From assembly GCA_005191425.1 (NCBI GenBank), contig SUPR01000049.1, positions 1 to 24,720 on the forward strand: a stretch of DNA of 24,720 nt, given 5' to 3'. The notes under the pieces were generated by a model. It worked only from the letters and a program-made list of their open reading frames with translations. It was not told where the DNA came from and made no database searches. Positions 1 to 9,477 of the stretch are shown here, one piece after another (position 1 is the stretch's first letter; each line of letters opens with the position of its first letter). Both the position numbers and the translations under genes were made by a program. This DNA comes from Candidatus Helarchaeota ASGARD archaeon Hel_GB_B (GTDB taxonomy: Archaea > Asgardarchaeota > Lokiarchaeia > Helarchaeales > HEL-GB-B).

Positions 1-31
1 TCCTTTAATAATATATCCATTCAATGTTTTA

Positions 32-850
32 ATGAGTGTATGGGTAGGGTTAATAGCCGCATTTCAAGGTTTATACATAATTTTAAACAAAAAAATAAAA
101 AATAAGAAGTATGATTTACATTTTGTAAAAAATAAGGATTTTACTTTTTATCATGAAATGAAGCGGAAAGTTTCACATTTAGTTGGAATATTATTAATTG
201 TTTGTTATTTTTGGATAAGTATCCCGTTATTTATTGATATTCAATATTTATTGAATTTAGTTGAAAAAATGGGTATAAATATTTGGGGAATGGTAATAAT
301 TCCAGTTAATATAATGTATGTTCCAAGGATGATCACATTATTTGCAATGTTTTGTACGGGATATTTTATAATTATTCCAGATATCTTGAGGGTCTTTGAT
401 TTTAAATTAACGATGTTTAAGATGTTTGGAAAAATTATGAGAGAAAAAGAGAAAAACGCCATTGGACCCCATATTTGTCTAGTAATTGGATGTTTAATTT
501 CTATATTATTGATCCCAGAAGATTTAATAGTAGTTTCAGGAATAATTATTGCAATTTTTAGCGATTCTGCAGCATCATTGATAGGGAGAAAATTTGGAAA
601 ACATAAATTACCGTTTTCAAAAAGGACAGGAAAATCTTATGAGGGACTATTGGGTGGTTTTTTAACAGCAATATTAGTATCGTTTCCAATATTACTATTA
701 GGTTATAATTTAATGACTTCAATTATATTATCTTTAATTGGTGGATTAGTTTTTTCAGTTATAGATATTTTAACACCAATAATTACTGACAATTACCTTA
801 ATCCTATTTTGATTTGTACTGGGATGTATATAATTTTCTTATTTATTTAA
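32..850 (+). CDS. Polyprenol/dolichol/phytol kinase-like membrane protein (CTP-dependent, cytidylyltransferase family)
   Basis: Multi-TM protein with RKVSH near the N-terminus, DSAASLIGRKFG (DxxAxxxGxxxG), GKSYEG and a C-terminal DNYLNP. These are typical of SEC59/VTE5-type kinases. The ORF starts near the window edge, so the true start is unverified. Confidence 0.75.
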   Translation: MSVWVGLIAAFQGLYIILNKKIKNKKYDLHFVKNKDFTFYHEMKRKVSHLVGILLIVCYFWISIPLFIDIQYLLNLVEKMGINIWGMVIIPVNIMYVPRMITLFAMFCTGYFIIIPDILRVFDFKLTMFKMFGKIMREKEKNAIGPHICLVIGCLISILLIPEDLIVVSGIIIAIFSDSAASLIGRKFGKHKLPFSKRTGKSYEGLLGGFLTAILVSFPILLLGYNLMTSIILSLIGGLVFSVIDILTPIITDNYLNPILICTGMYIIFLFI

Positions 851-862
851 AGAAAATATAAA

Positions 863-1945
863 TTAAGGAATTATTTCCACTCCACTATATTTAAAATAAT
901 CAAAATCTTTAATATTAATTATACCTGAAGCGATTAAATTTGAAACTTCATCTTTTTTTTCAATTAATTTATTGATTAAGTTTTTAATTGTAGTACAAAT
1001 AATATTGTAGCCTTCGTCACCCCAAGGTTTGAAATAGTTAGCAAACAGACACCGCCCACCACAAATATCAAAAACATCGCAGCTTATACAAGGTTCATTT
1101 TTTATCAAAAGTGCATCACGCAAGATTTCAGGGTCATTTATTTTATTAATATTTCCAATCCAAAATGAAGATAATTCACCCGTTATAGGGCATGCTAAAA
1201 TATTTCCATTTGTATCGATTGTATGATAAATCCAGCCAGCACCACATCGTAATTTTGTGGTTTGATTTAAAAGTAATGATTGCATTATTGCCATAAATGG
1301 ATAAATCCTTTGTACTCTATGTTCCCGCATGTTTAATACCCATTCATTGATTAATTTATTTATATCAGAGTTATATTTTTGAATCCAACTATGAATATTA
1401 TTCCATTTTTCAAGATCGTCAAACATAAAATTAATTTGCCAGTGAACCCCATCAAATTTTGGGTTTTTGCTGTATAGAAGCCAGCGGACATCACGATAAA
1501 CGTCTGATGATTCGCTTAATGTCATTCTAGCTATTAGTTCACCCTTAAAATGAGGTCGAATATCTTGTAAATTATTAATGACTCTATTAAATGTACCTTT
1601 ACCCCTATTTAAATCGGTGATTTCCTGAGATCCATCTATCGAAACAAGAATTATTGAAATTTTTTCAAGATAATTTTTAGGAATTTTATTTAAACGAGTC
1701 CCATTGGTTTGAATTATAAAAGTTTTTGCACGAATATTATCAATTATTTTCTCGATTAAATGTATTCTAAGAGTAGGTTCTCCTCCATAAAATGCAATAG
1801 TAGCATCGTTGTCTTTTTCAATAAATTCTTTTAATCTATCTAGTGAATACGTAATTTCATGAGGCAGATTTGTAGGAAATCTACAGCTTCCACAGTATTC
1901 GCAACAGAGATTACATTTTCGTGTAAGGAAAATATTATAAATCAT
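863..1945 (-). CDS. Radical SAM/SPASM-domain protein (resembles the archaeal TIGR04084-type family)
   Basis: CNLCCEYC (CxxxCxxC), YGGEPTL, QTNG, SIDG, and SPASM cysteines CGAG...CP...CISCDVFDICGGRC. Confidence 0.85.
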   Translation of the reverse strand: MIYNIFLTRKCNLCCEYCGSCRFPTNLPHEITYSLDRLKEFIEKDNDATIAFYGGEPTLRIHLIEKIIDNIRAKTFIIQTNGTRLNKIPKNYLEKISIILVSIDGSQEITDLNRGKGTFNRVINNLQDIRPHFKGELIARMTLSESSDVYRDVRWLLYSKNPKFDGVHWQINFMFDDLEKWNNIHSWIQKYNSDINKLINEWVLNMREHRVQRIYPFMAIMQSLLLNQTTKLRCGAGWIYHTIDTNGNILACPITGELSSFWIGNINKINDPEILRDALLIKNEPCISCDVFDICGGRCLFANYFKPWGDEGYNIICTTIKNLINKLIEKKDEVSNLIASGIINIKDFDYFKYSGVEIIP

Positions 1946-2166
1946 TAATATCTACTCGACATATTGAAACTTCAGATTTGATTAATATCATAGAAATTTT
2001 AGAAAAATTTAAACTATTTCGTTTCAAATTCATTTAAATTAGAAAGATCAATTTATTAAATTTAACAATAGTGAAAAATTGAATTTACAGCAAAAAATGT
2101 ATTAATTTTAATAAATGTAAAAAGAAAAAGGTTAAACAATCAAAAAATTTAGAAAGTGAAAAAATC

Positions 2167-2943
2167 TTGTCGATTGATGAAATAATAATAACGAAAGCGA
2201 TAACAGAATCGTATTTTAAAGATTTATTAGATAATTTAGAATTGGACGTGGCAATAGCGGGTGCTGGGCCTGCAGGAATGACATGCGCAAAATATATAGC
2301 AGAGAAGGGCTTCAAAGTTGCAATTTTTGAGAGGCGTTTAAGTATAGGTGGAGGTATCTGGGGGGGTGGTATGATGTTCAATAAGATAGTGGTACAAGAT
2401 TCAGCAAAAAAAATATTAAATGATTTCGGAGTGAAAACTACGCAATATGCAAAAGGATATTATGTAGCAGATTCTATCGAAATGGCTACTAAATTAGCAA
2501 TAGGAGTGCTCGATGCAGGTGGAAAAATATTCAATTTAATTTCGATAGAAGATGTAATGTATCGAGAAAAGAGAATTACTGGGATAGTAATAAATTGGTC
2601 AGCAATTGAAATTGCCAAATTACATATTGATCCTATGACTATTAGAGCTAAATTTGTAGTTGATGGAACGGGACATGATAGTAGTATTTGTCGTGTTGTT
2701 ATCGATAAACTAAAATTAAAGTTAAATACAGATTCAGGGGCTATTGAAGGAGAGAAGTCAATGTGGGCAGATGTAGGAGAAAATATTCTTCTTGATACAA
2801 CTAAAGAAGTTATACCAGGTTTGTTTGTAGTTGGAATGGCAGCAAATGCAGTTTCTGGTGGACCAAGAATGGGACCAATTTTCGGTGGTATGTTATTAAG
2901 CGGTAAAAAAGCTGCAGATTTAATTTTGGAACAATTAAAATAA
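2167..2943 (+). CDS. thi4: Sulfide-dependent adenosine diphosphate thiazole synthase (Thi4)
   Basis: GAGPAG dinucleotide motif, GGGIWGGGMMF, LHIDP (His-type), DGTGHD, GGPRMGPIFGGMLLSG. TTG start; the frame is open upstream to 2083 with no ATG. Confidence 0.93.
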   Translation: MSIDEIIITKAITESYFKDLLDNLELDVAIAGAGPAGMTCAKYIAEKGFKVAIFERRLSIGGGIWGGGMMFNKIVVQDSAKKILNDFGVKTTQYAKGYYVADSIEMATKLAIGVLDAGGKIFNLISIEDVMYREKRITGIVINWSAIEIAKLHIDPMTIRAKFVVDGTGHDSSICRVVIDKLKLKLNTDSGAIEGEKSMWADVGENILLDTTKEVIPGLFVVGMAANAVSGGPRMGPIFGGMLLSGKKAADLILEQLK

Positions 2944-2975
2944 TTTTTTAAATTTATCTTTTAGGAAGACATTTA

Positions 2976-3572
2976 ATGATAGACGATGATAAAGAAAAAA
3001 TTATTGGAAAATTAGTAATTGCCCTAAAAAAGTTGCAGAAAATTAAAAATGTTTCAGAATTAATGCCAGAAGTAAGAATAAATTTAGCTTATGGTTTTAA
3101 AAATCCTAAAAGTACCGATGAGGTCGCTGCAATTCCAGGTCGAATAACATCTGTAAAGGACAAAATAATAATTCCAGCACTTCCAGATTTCGGAGCATCA
3201 GATCATATGGCAAGAAATCTTATTGAATTTGCAAAATATGACAACAAAATTAGGGCTGGAATAAATATTAAATATTCAAAAGAATTTGTTAACTGGTTAA
3301 AAGATTTTTGCCCAAAAAATGGTCTTAAAATAAGCGTAATAGACCGTTTAAAGGAACCTAAAGAAGTTCAAGAAAAAGATGGTGCCTCAATTCCATGGAA
3401 AATAGGAGAAGCTATTAGATTGTCCAATAATAAAATTCCAGAAGTAATTGTCGAAGGCCCAGCTATGGGTAAAGAACCATTAATTATTTTGACAGGAGAA
3501 GACCCAATTAAAGTCATCGATCTTTTAAAATTAATACAGAAAAACTGGCTAATATATAAAAATAATTTGTGA
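2976..3572 (+). CDS. thiN: Stand-alone thiamine-phosphate synthase, ThiN family
   Basis: MPEVRINL, VAAIPGRIT, FGASDHMAR, RAGINIKY, GKEP motifs. It lies directly after thi4 and has no N-terminal HTH or ThiD domain. Confidence 0.85.
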   Translation: MIDDDKEKIIGKLVIALKKLQKIKNVSELMPEVRINLAYGFKNPKSTDEVAAIPGRITSVKDKIIIPALPDFGASDHMARNLIEFAKYDNKIRAGINIKYSKEFVNWLKDFCPKNGLKISVIDRLKEPKEVQEKDGASIPWKIGEAIRLSNNKIPEVIVEGPAMGKEPLIILTGEDPIKVIDLLKLIQKNWLIYKNNL

Positions 3573-4132
3573 TATTAATGGTAAATAAATTTACTCTCCA
3601 AAAAGTATTCTTATTAAAAAATATTAAACCAGAACAAATGAGAAAATACATTGAATGTGTCGATTTTTGGTTTGAAATGATTACGCAAGGAAATATGGAC
3701 GTCAAAAAACTAGAAATCGAAGAGGTTAATAATACAAACGATCGGGTAATCAACCATGATACAATTACAGAAGTAGAAATTGATTCACTTGGCTTAATTA
3801 AAAGAACAATTCACCTTACTCAGACTATTAGGTTTATTGAAGAAGGAGAACGAATAGAAGATTATATAAAGATCAACGGAGTTAATGTCGTTATAGAGAA
3901 AAGTAATTATGTAAAAAATTTTGATTGCTATATTAAAATTGAAGAGAAACCAGGTAAATCAAGAGTAACTTTCAACTTAAACAGGATGATCCTAAATAAC
4001 GAATTATTAGATTTATTGGGAGATAAGATTGCAACAAATAGATTTAAGAGAGAAGTTAAACATGTTTTTAAAAATATCCAAGATTATATTGATTCAAGGA
4101 AAATTAAAAAATTCGATGAGAAATGTAACTAG
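3569..4132 (+). CDS. Hypothetical protein, possibly START/SRPBCC helix-grip fold
   Basis: 187-aa ORF overlapping the thiN stop (GTGA); ATG at 3578 is the likelier start. Alternating beta-strand pattern followed by a long C-terminal amphipathic helix. The fold call is an inference. Confidence 0.5.
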   Translation: MILMVNKFTLQKVFLLKNIKPEQMRKYIECVDFWFEMITQGNMDVKKLEIEEVNNTNDRVINHDTITEVEIDSLGLIKRTIHLTQTIRFIEEGERIEDYIKINGVNVVIEKSNYVKNFDCYIKIEEKPGKSRVTFNLNRMILNNELLDLLGDKIATNRFKREVKHVFKNIQDYIDSRKIKKFDEKCN

Positions 4133-4137
4133 TTAAA

Positions 4138-5148
4138 TCATTTTTTAGTTATAATTTTATTTATCATAGTGCCAATTTTTTCGATTTCAGTCTCTACAAC
4201 ATCACCAGATTTTAATCGTTTTGATTTTAAAATACCATCTGAAACTTTACCAGGATTTCCACTACATAATACGGTCCCAGGAAGTATTGTCTGATCTTTT
4301 GATGTATAAGAAACTAACTGAAATACATTCCAATACATATCGCGAGTATTTCCTTTTTGCTCTACAACCCCATTTACTCTAAGTTCCATTTCCAATTCTG
4401 GATGTTTATTTTTGAATTCATCAGCAGTAATTATGAAAGGGCCCATAGGTCCAGATGTGTCAAAATCTTTACTTTTAAACGGACCTAGCCTGAGTAGTAT
4501 TTCAGGAATTTCAATATCTCTGGCTGAGAAATCGTTCAAAATCGTATATCCAAAAATATACTCATGAGCTTCGTCTTCAGATATATCTTTTCCTTTTCTA
4601 CCAATAATAATTGCAAATTCTACTTCATAATCGAGCCATTTTGTAATTGTTTTGGGGATTATTATATCGTCATAAGGTCCAACTATTGAATTAGGGTTCT
4701 TTTTATATCCAACTGGATATTTTTTCCAAAAACTTTTTTCAGCTAATCGACTAAGGCTTTGGTCGAAATGATGCTCAAATGTCAGAAAATCTACCAGATA
4801 TGGCGGCGATATAGGTTTTATTATTTTTATTTCATTAATATTATACAAAAGTTGTTCATTGTTAATTCCTCGGAAATTTTCAGAAGGTTTTATATCTTTA
4901 AAATAATTGGCTAAATCGTTTAATGCTTTAAAAGTTAAAGGGCCACCTTGAATTAAGTCAATCATCGTATTTCCGAATCTGATATTAGCTATTTCTAAAG
5001 GTTTAGTTTCTAATGTCTCTTGTTCTAGATATTTAGCATATGCCAATTTTAAATCTATAATCAAATCATCCGAAATTAACAGACCATTTGCTTTAATTTC
5101 TCGAAATTGGTTTGGTATTTTAAACCTCGTTAATTTCAAATTTATCAC
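4138..5148 (-). CDS. Fumarylacetoacetate hydrolase family protein
   Basis: DFLTFEHH, YKKNPNSIVGP, LDYEVEFAIIIG, GYTILNDFSARD, SKDFDT, PGTVLCSG. Confidence 0.9.
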   Translation of the reverse strand: MINLKLTRFKIPNQFREIKANGLLISDDLIIDLKLAYAKYLEQETLETKPLEIANIRFGNTMIDLIQGGPLTFKALNDLANYFKDIKPSENFRGINNEQLLYNINEIKIIKPISPPYLVDFLTFEHHFDQSLSRLAEKSFWKKYPVGYKKNPNSIVGPYDDIIIPKTITKWLDYEVEFAIIIGRKGKDISEDEAHEYIFGYTILNDFSARDIEIPEILLRLGPFKSKDFDTSGPMGPFIITADEFKNKHPELEMELRVNGVVEQKGNTRDMYWNVFQLVSYTSKDQTILPGTVLCSGNPGKVSDGILKSKRLKSGDVVETEIEKIGTMINKIITKK

Positions 5149-5270
5149 ACAACAATTTAGAATTTTTTTAATAGATTTTTATATAAATAATTTCTTTAAT
5201 AAAAGTTATATTAAATCAATTTGTTATTTTTTATTGAATTTTATTAACTCGTAAATAAAAGGTTGAAGAT

Positions 5271-5885
5271 ATGGATAGTGCATTAGATAAATATACAATC
5301 GATGAGATTAAAGAATTAATCGAAAAAAATAAAAAAATTGAAATTAATGACGAAAATATTAAAAAAGGACTTAAAGGAATTTGCGCATTATGCGGAGAAC
5401 CATGGGATATGGCGCTCCATTGGGGGACAGTCCTTGGTGAATATGACAACGATGAATATCTTTTAATTGAAAATAAAAATTTTGGTGTTGTTCACGATGT
5501 TTGCAACAGCCTATATGATGAGGGCGAATTTCAAGATTTAGTAAATGTAATTGAAGGTAAGACAAAACAAGTATCTGAAAAAATAAAGGAAAAAAAAGAG
5601 ACACAAATTGAAGTTAGGTCTGATGAGCAATTACCAATACACGAATCCTTAGAAATAATTAAGGCATATACATTCAGGAAATCAGATAAATGGTGGACTG
5701 CTATAGCTGCAACAAAATCCAAATTATCTAAAAATCCAAAAGCAGTATTAGCATTTTATAGGTGGCGAAAAAGTAAGAATGGAGAATGGAAACGTATTAA
5801 AAAGTGGACTATCAATTCTATGGAAGATTGGGAAAAATTTAAAAAAATTATTAATGAAGAATTTGCCGATATTCTGTGGAAATAA
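5271..5885 (+). CDS. Hypothetical protein: putative Zn-binding N-domain plus Trp/Lys-rich beta-rich C-domain
   Basis: CALC...HDVC candidate ligands; C-terminal KWWTAI...LAFYRWRK...EWKRIKKWTINSMEDWEKFK. Confidence 0.6.
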   Translation: MDSALDKYTIDEIKELIEKNKKIEINDENIKKGLKGICALCGEPWDMALHWGTVLGEYDNDEYLLIENKNFGVVHDVCNSLYDEGEFQDLVNVIEGKTKQVSEKIKEKKETQIEVRSDEQLPIHESLEIIKAYTFRKSDKWWTAIAATKSKLSKNPKAVLAFYRWRKSKNGEWKRIKKWTINSMEDWEKFKKIINEEFADILWK

Positions 5886-5923
5886 TTTCTTTTTCAATTT
5901 GATATATCTTAAAAATCTTAAAA

Positions 5924-5967
5924 TTGAAAATAATTAATTTTAAATTTGAAAATAATTAATTTTAAAT
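5924..5967. repeat. 22-bp exact tandem repeat x2 (ttgaaaataattaattttaaat)
   Basis: Copies at 5924-5945 and 5946-5967, in the intergenic region upstream of aroA'. Confidence 0.85.
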
Positions 5968-6035
5968 TCAAGTATTTCTTAATCATTTAGATAAATTTTA
6001 TAACAATTTATTATTTGAAAAGGTGTTGATTTATA

Positions 6036-6851
6036 ATGTCGATGATAGGTAAAAAAGTCCGTTTAGAAAGAATAATGAACCGAGAGACAAAACGGACTAT
6101 AATAATCCCAATGGACCATGGACTAACTGTAGGGCCTATTAAAGGCTTAAATCCAGATGAGATGGCAAAAACTGTAAATGAAATTGCCTGGGGGGGAGCA
6201 AATGCAGTTTTAGGACACGTGGGGCTTCCACTTTATGGGCATAGAGGTTATGGACCAGACATTGGGTTGATTATTCATCTCTCTGGTGGCACAATTTTGT
6301 CTCCAAATCCAAATAAAAAAGTGTTAATAAATACTGTAGAAGATGCCATTAAATTTGGAGCAGATGCAGTATCAATTCATGTAAATATAGGCGATGAGGA
6401 TGAAGCTGAGATGTTAGCAGATTTGGGTACAGTATCTAGAACATGTCGTAATTGGGGTTATCCACTTCTGGCAATGATGTACCCCCGTGGAGCAAAAATC
6501 GACGATGAACATGGAGTCGAATTTGTCAAAATTGCTGCAAGAGTTGCAAGCGAATTAGGAGCTGATATTGTTAAGACCAATTATACTGGAGATATCGATT
6601 CTTTTAAAGAAGTGGTAAAGGGAACTCAATGTCCTGTAATAATAGCTGGCGGGCCAAAATCTTCGGGAGGAATAGAAGAGCTATTAAGAATTACTAAAGA
6701 TTCATTAATTGCAGGTGGGTCAGGAATAGCTTATGGAAGAAATATTTTTCAGCATAAAAACCCTAGAAAACTTGTTGAAGCATTAACTAAAATTATCCAC
6801 GAAAATTGGGAAGTTAATGAAGTTTTACGAGAATATAAAGAAATCATATAA
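6036..6851 (+). CDS. aroA': 2-amino-3,7-dideoxy-D-threo-hept-6-ulosonate (ADH) synthase, class I aldolase/DhnA family
   Basis: [39 protein letters not shown], Schiff-base Lys in [15 protein letters not shown]. It closely resembles MJ0400-type enzymes; class I FBP aldolase activity is not excluded. Confidence 0.8.
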   Translation: MSMIGKKVRLERIMNRETKRTIIIPMDHGLTVGPIKGLNPDEMAKTVNEIAWGGANAVLGHVGLPLYGHRGYGPDIGLIIHLSGGTILSPNPNKKVLINTVEDAIKFGADAVSIHVNIGDEDEAEMLADLGTVSRTCRNWGYPLLAMMYPRGAKIDDEHGVEFVKIAARVASELGADIVKTNYTGDIDSFKEVVKGTQCPVIIAGGPKSSGGIEELLRITKDSLIAGGSGIAYGRNIFQHKNPRKLVEALTKIIHENWEVNEVLREYKEII

Positions 6852-6986
6852 TTAGTTTTATAAATTTATATAGGCCATTAATTATTAAAAAGTTTATAAA
6901 TTGAATTTTGTTAAGATTAGTTATAACTCCAGAGTATATATCACTATATTTTATTAATTAAGATATTTTTTATATTAATTAGTTTA

Positions 6987-7493
6987 TTGGTCCCAATGAC
7001 TAATGCAATATTTACATTGAGCGACAACCTAGAAAATGCCAATTCATACTATTGGTATAAAATTATTTATAATACTGGAGATTTACTCCAAATAAATGTC
7101 TCAAGTTCAGATAATAGGAATTATATCATAGGAGCAATAATATCTACAGCTGTACAACCTAGTAGTAATTTGGGTGGGACTTTAATATTAGTAGCCGACA
7201 TTTTAGATGCTACACATAATGTTTCCTTAAAATATAGAAACTCAAATTATTTTCAGCACAGGACAGAGCTTTATTTATTAATTGTTGCATTAAATAATTC
7301 AAATCCAGAAAATTTGAGTTATATAATAAATAGTACTCATCCATTATTACCATATAGCTACGAACAATTTTTTCAAGAAGTCCATCTTCCATTATTGTTA
7401 TTAATTGCAGCAATATTTATTGTAGTTGGAGCTATAGTATCGGTTTATTTTATTTTAAAATATAAAAAAAGCGGGAAACCAAAGTTAATTTAA
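6987..7493 (+). CDS. Hypothetical membrane-anchored surface protein (C-terminal TM plus basic tail)
   Basis: C-terminal LPLLLLIAAIFIVVGAIVSVYFIL followed by KYKK. An in-frame hydrophobic signal-like stretch lies upstream of the called start. Confidence 0.6.
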   Translation: MVPMTNAIFTLSDNLENANSYYWYKIIYNTGDLLQINVSSSDNRNYIIGAIISTAVQPSSNLGGTLILVADILDATHNVSLKYRNSNYFQHRTELYLLIVALNNSNPENLSYIINSTHPLLPYSYEQFFQEVHLPLLLLIAAIFIVVGAIVSVYFILKYKKSGKPKLI

Positions 7494-7560
7494 TCAAATT
7501 TAAGTTCGAGATCAAAAATTATAATCAATTTTTTTATTGAAATTATATTAAAAAATTGGC

Positions 7561-8382
7561 CTATTTTTCAGTATAAATAGGTTCTTCTAATTTAATATTT
7601 AACCCTTGAAAAATATCTGAACAATTATTTTCCCAATATTTTAAAAGTTTATCATAAAAAAGGTTATACATTTTATCATCACTTTTTTCCATACAAATGA
7701 ACTTTAGAGCAGAGATAAATTCGAGAAAATCTTTCTTATTTTTAATTAGATTATTTTTAATTCGCTTTACTTCGAAACTAGCCCCTTGTAAGAATTCGGA
7801 GCGATTAAATAAGTCGTATTTTTTAATCCATCTATCAAAGCCATAATATTTACCTTCTAATTCTCTAAATGATAAGTAATAATCAATTCTTTTTAGAATA
7901 TTATTATTAAAAATAAAATGGCGCTCATGAACATCGTAGAGATTTAAGAATTTGTGAAAAATAAAATGACGTCCGATATTATAGAGATGATATAAAATTT
8001 CGCCTTTTTTTAAAGTTTTACCTTCACAATAGGTAGTTAATACAAAAGGAATAGGTGATTTCCATCTCCAAAACCCCACATCATAATTTCCTACAATATA
8101 ATTATTTGGACATAAGTCTATATCAATTATTCGAGCTATATGAAGAGAAATTGCTTCAAAAAATACATTAATTGCCATACTTTTCTTTATATGAAATAAA
8201 GGGTGTCCATCAATATCAAAAACATCATATTGTTTAAAATAATTCCAATTAGATTTGAGATAAAAATCTTTATCAATTTTTATCCCTAAATAATTCATTA
8301 GATTTGGTATTTCTTCAGTACTTATATTTCTTATTGACCGCCAATGGAAAGGATGTGGTAAATGTTTAAATGTCATTCTCAC
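7561..8382 (-). CDS. Atypical kinase-like protein (HipA / PI3K-PI4K-like superfamily)
   Basis: Order and spacing of candidate motifs match the fold: beta3 Lys FHIKK, alphaC Glu FFEAISLHIA, hinge VLTTYCEG, catalytic loop YDVHERH (DxHxxN-like) and Mg-binding RIDYYLSF (IDxxxxF-like). Confidence 0.6.
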   Translation of the reverse strand: MRMTFKHLPHPFHWRSIRNISTEEIPNLMNYLGIKIDKDFYLKSNWNYFKQYDVFDIDGHPLFHIKKSMAINVFFEAISLHIARIIDIDLCPNNYIVGNYDVGFWRWKSPIPFVLTTYCEGKTLKKGEILYHLYNIGRHFIFHKFLNLYDVHERHFIFNNNILKRIDYYLSFRELEGKYYGFDRWIKKYDLFNRSEFLQGASFEVKRIKNNLIKNKKDFLEFISALKFICMEKSDDKMYNLFYDKLLKYWENNCSDIFQGLNIKLEEPIYTEK

Positions 8383-8458
8383 TTTTATTTATGAAATTAA
8401 TATTTATAATTATGATTAAATAAAGATTTAATTACTAAAAATTGGATTAAATGAATGA

Positions 8459-9340
8459 TTGATGAAATTTCAAGAATTAATTGCGAAATTTGAGAAATTT
8501 GATAATAAAGATTCAAATAAAATAAATGAATTAATAGAAAAGGTTAAGTTGCGGTTAGTCAAAGAACCAATACTAATAAAATTAAATAGTGGAAGTAATT
8601 CAATTATCGTGGGGGATTTACATGGTGATTTTAAGACATTACAATCGATTATAAAAGTTTTTATTGACGAAAATTTTGAGAAAATCATTTTTCTAGGTGA
8701 TTATATCGATCGAGGATTTGGAGATATGCAAATTAAAACAATTAACTTCCTACTATTTTTAAAAGATTTATTTCCTGAAAAAATATATTTATTGAGAGGA
8801 AATCATGAATGGCGTTATATTAATGCAGAATATGGCTTCAAAGATGCAGTTTTTCATCATTTACATCCATTTATATATTATAGATATAATGAAATTTTTG
8901 ATGAATTGCCTATTGCGATTTTTATTGCTGAACCAAAAATTTTAGCCGTGCATGCAGGAATTCCTGTATCTCTTAACAACAAAATATACTCATTAGATGA
9001 TATTTCAAAAATTTCAAAAAAGAATTGTTTTGAAAATAAACTGGCCCAACAAATATTATGGAACGACCCATCTGAAAAAATTGAAACAATAAAAAAGAAC
9101 TATAGAGGATTGGGTTATATTTTTGGTAGTCTTCCTTTTAATGAATTCCTAAACTACAATAATCTAGAATATTGCATCAGAAGCCACGAAATAATAAAAA
9201 GTGGTAATATTCAACATTTCAATGGTAAATTAATTACCATATTTAGCTCAAGGAGTTATATAAAAAATGTAAAACCACATATTTTATTAATAAATAAAAA
9301 CACAAAATTAGAATTTAGAGAAATTAATTCGAGAAAATAA
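8459..9340 (+). CDS. PPP-family Ser/Thr protein phosphatase (calcineurin-like metallophosphoesterase)
   Basis: Complete motif set GDLHG, GDYIDRG, LRGNHE, HAG, LWNDP, IRSHE, TIFS. ATG at 8462 is the likely start. Confidence 0.92.
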   Translation: MMKFQELIAKFEKFDNKDSNKINELIEKVKLRLVKEPILIKLNSGSNSIIVGDLHGDFKTLQSIIKVFIDENFEKIIFLGDYIDRGFGDMQIKTINFLLFLKDLFPEKIYLLRGNHEWRYINAEYGFKDAVFHHLHPFIYYRYNEIFDELPIAIFIAEPKILAVHAGIPVSLNNKIYSLDDISKISKKNCFENKLAQQILWNDPSEKIETIKKNYRGLGYIFGSLPFNEFLNYNNLEYCIRSHEIIKSGNIQHFNGKLITIFSSRSYIKNVKPHILLINKNTKLEFREINSRK

Positions 9341-9477
9341 TGAAATTTTTAATATGTGTTAGTAAAAAATTTAAAAAGAACCTATTTTCTATTTATTTGG
9401 AAGAAGTATAAACTAAATAAAATTAAAATTAGTTTGATAATTGTTTTATTTATTAAAAATTATTAAAGACCATAAAA

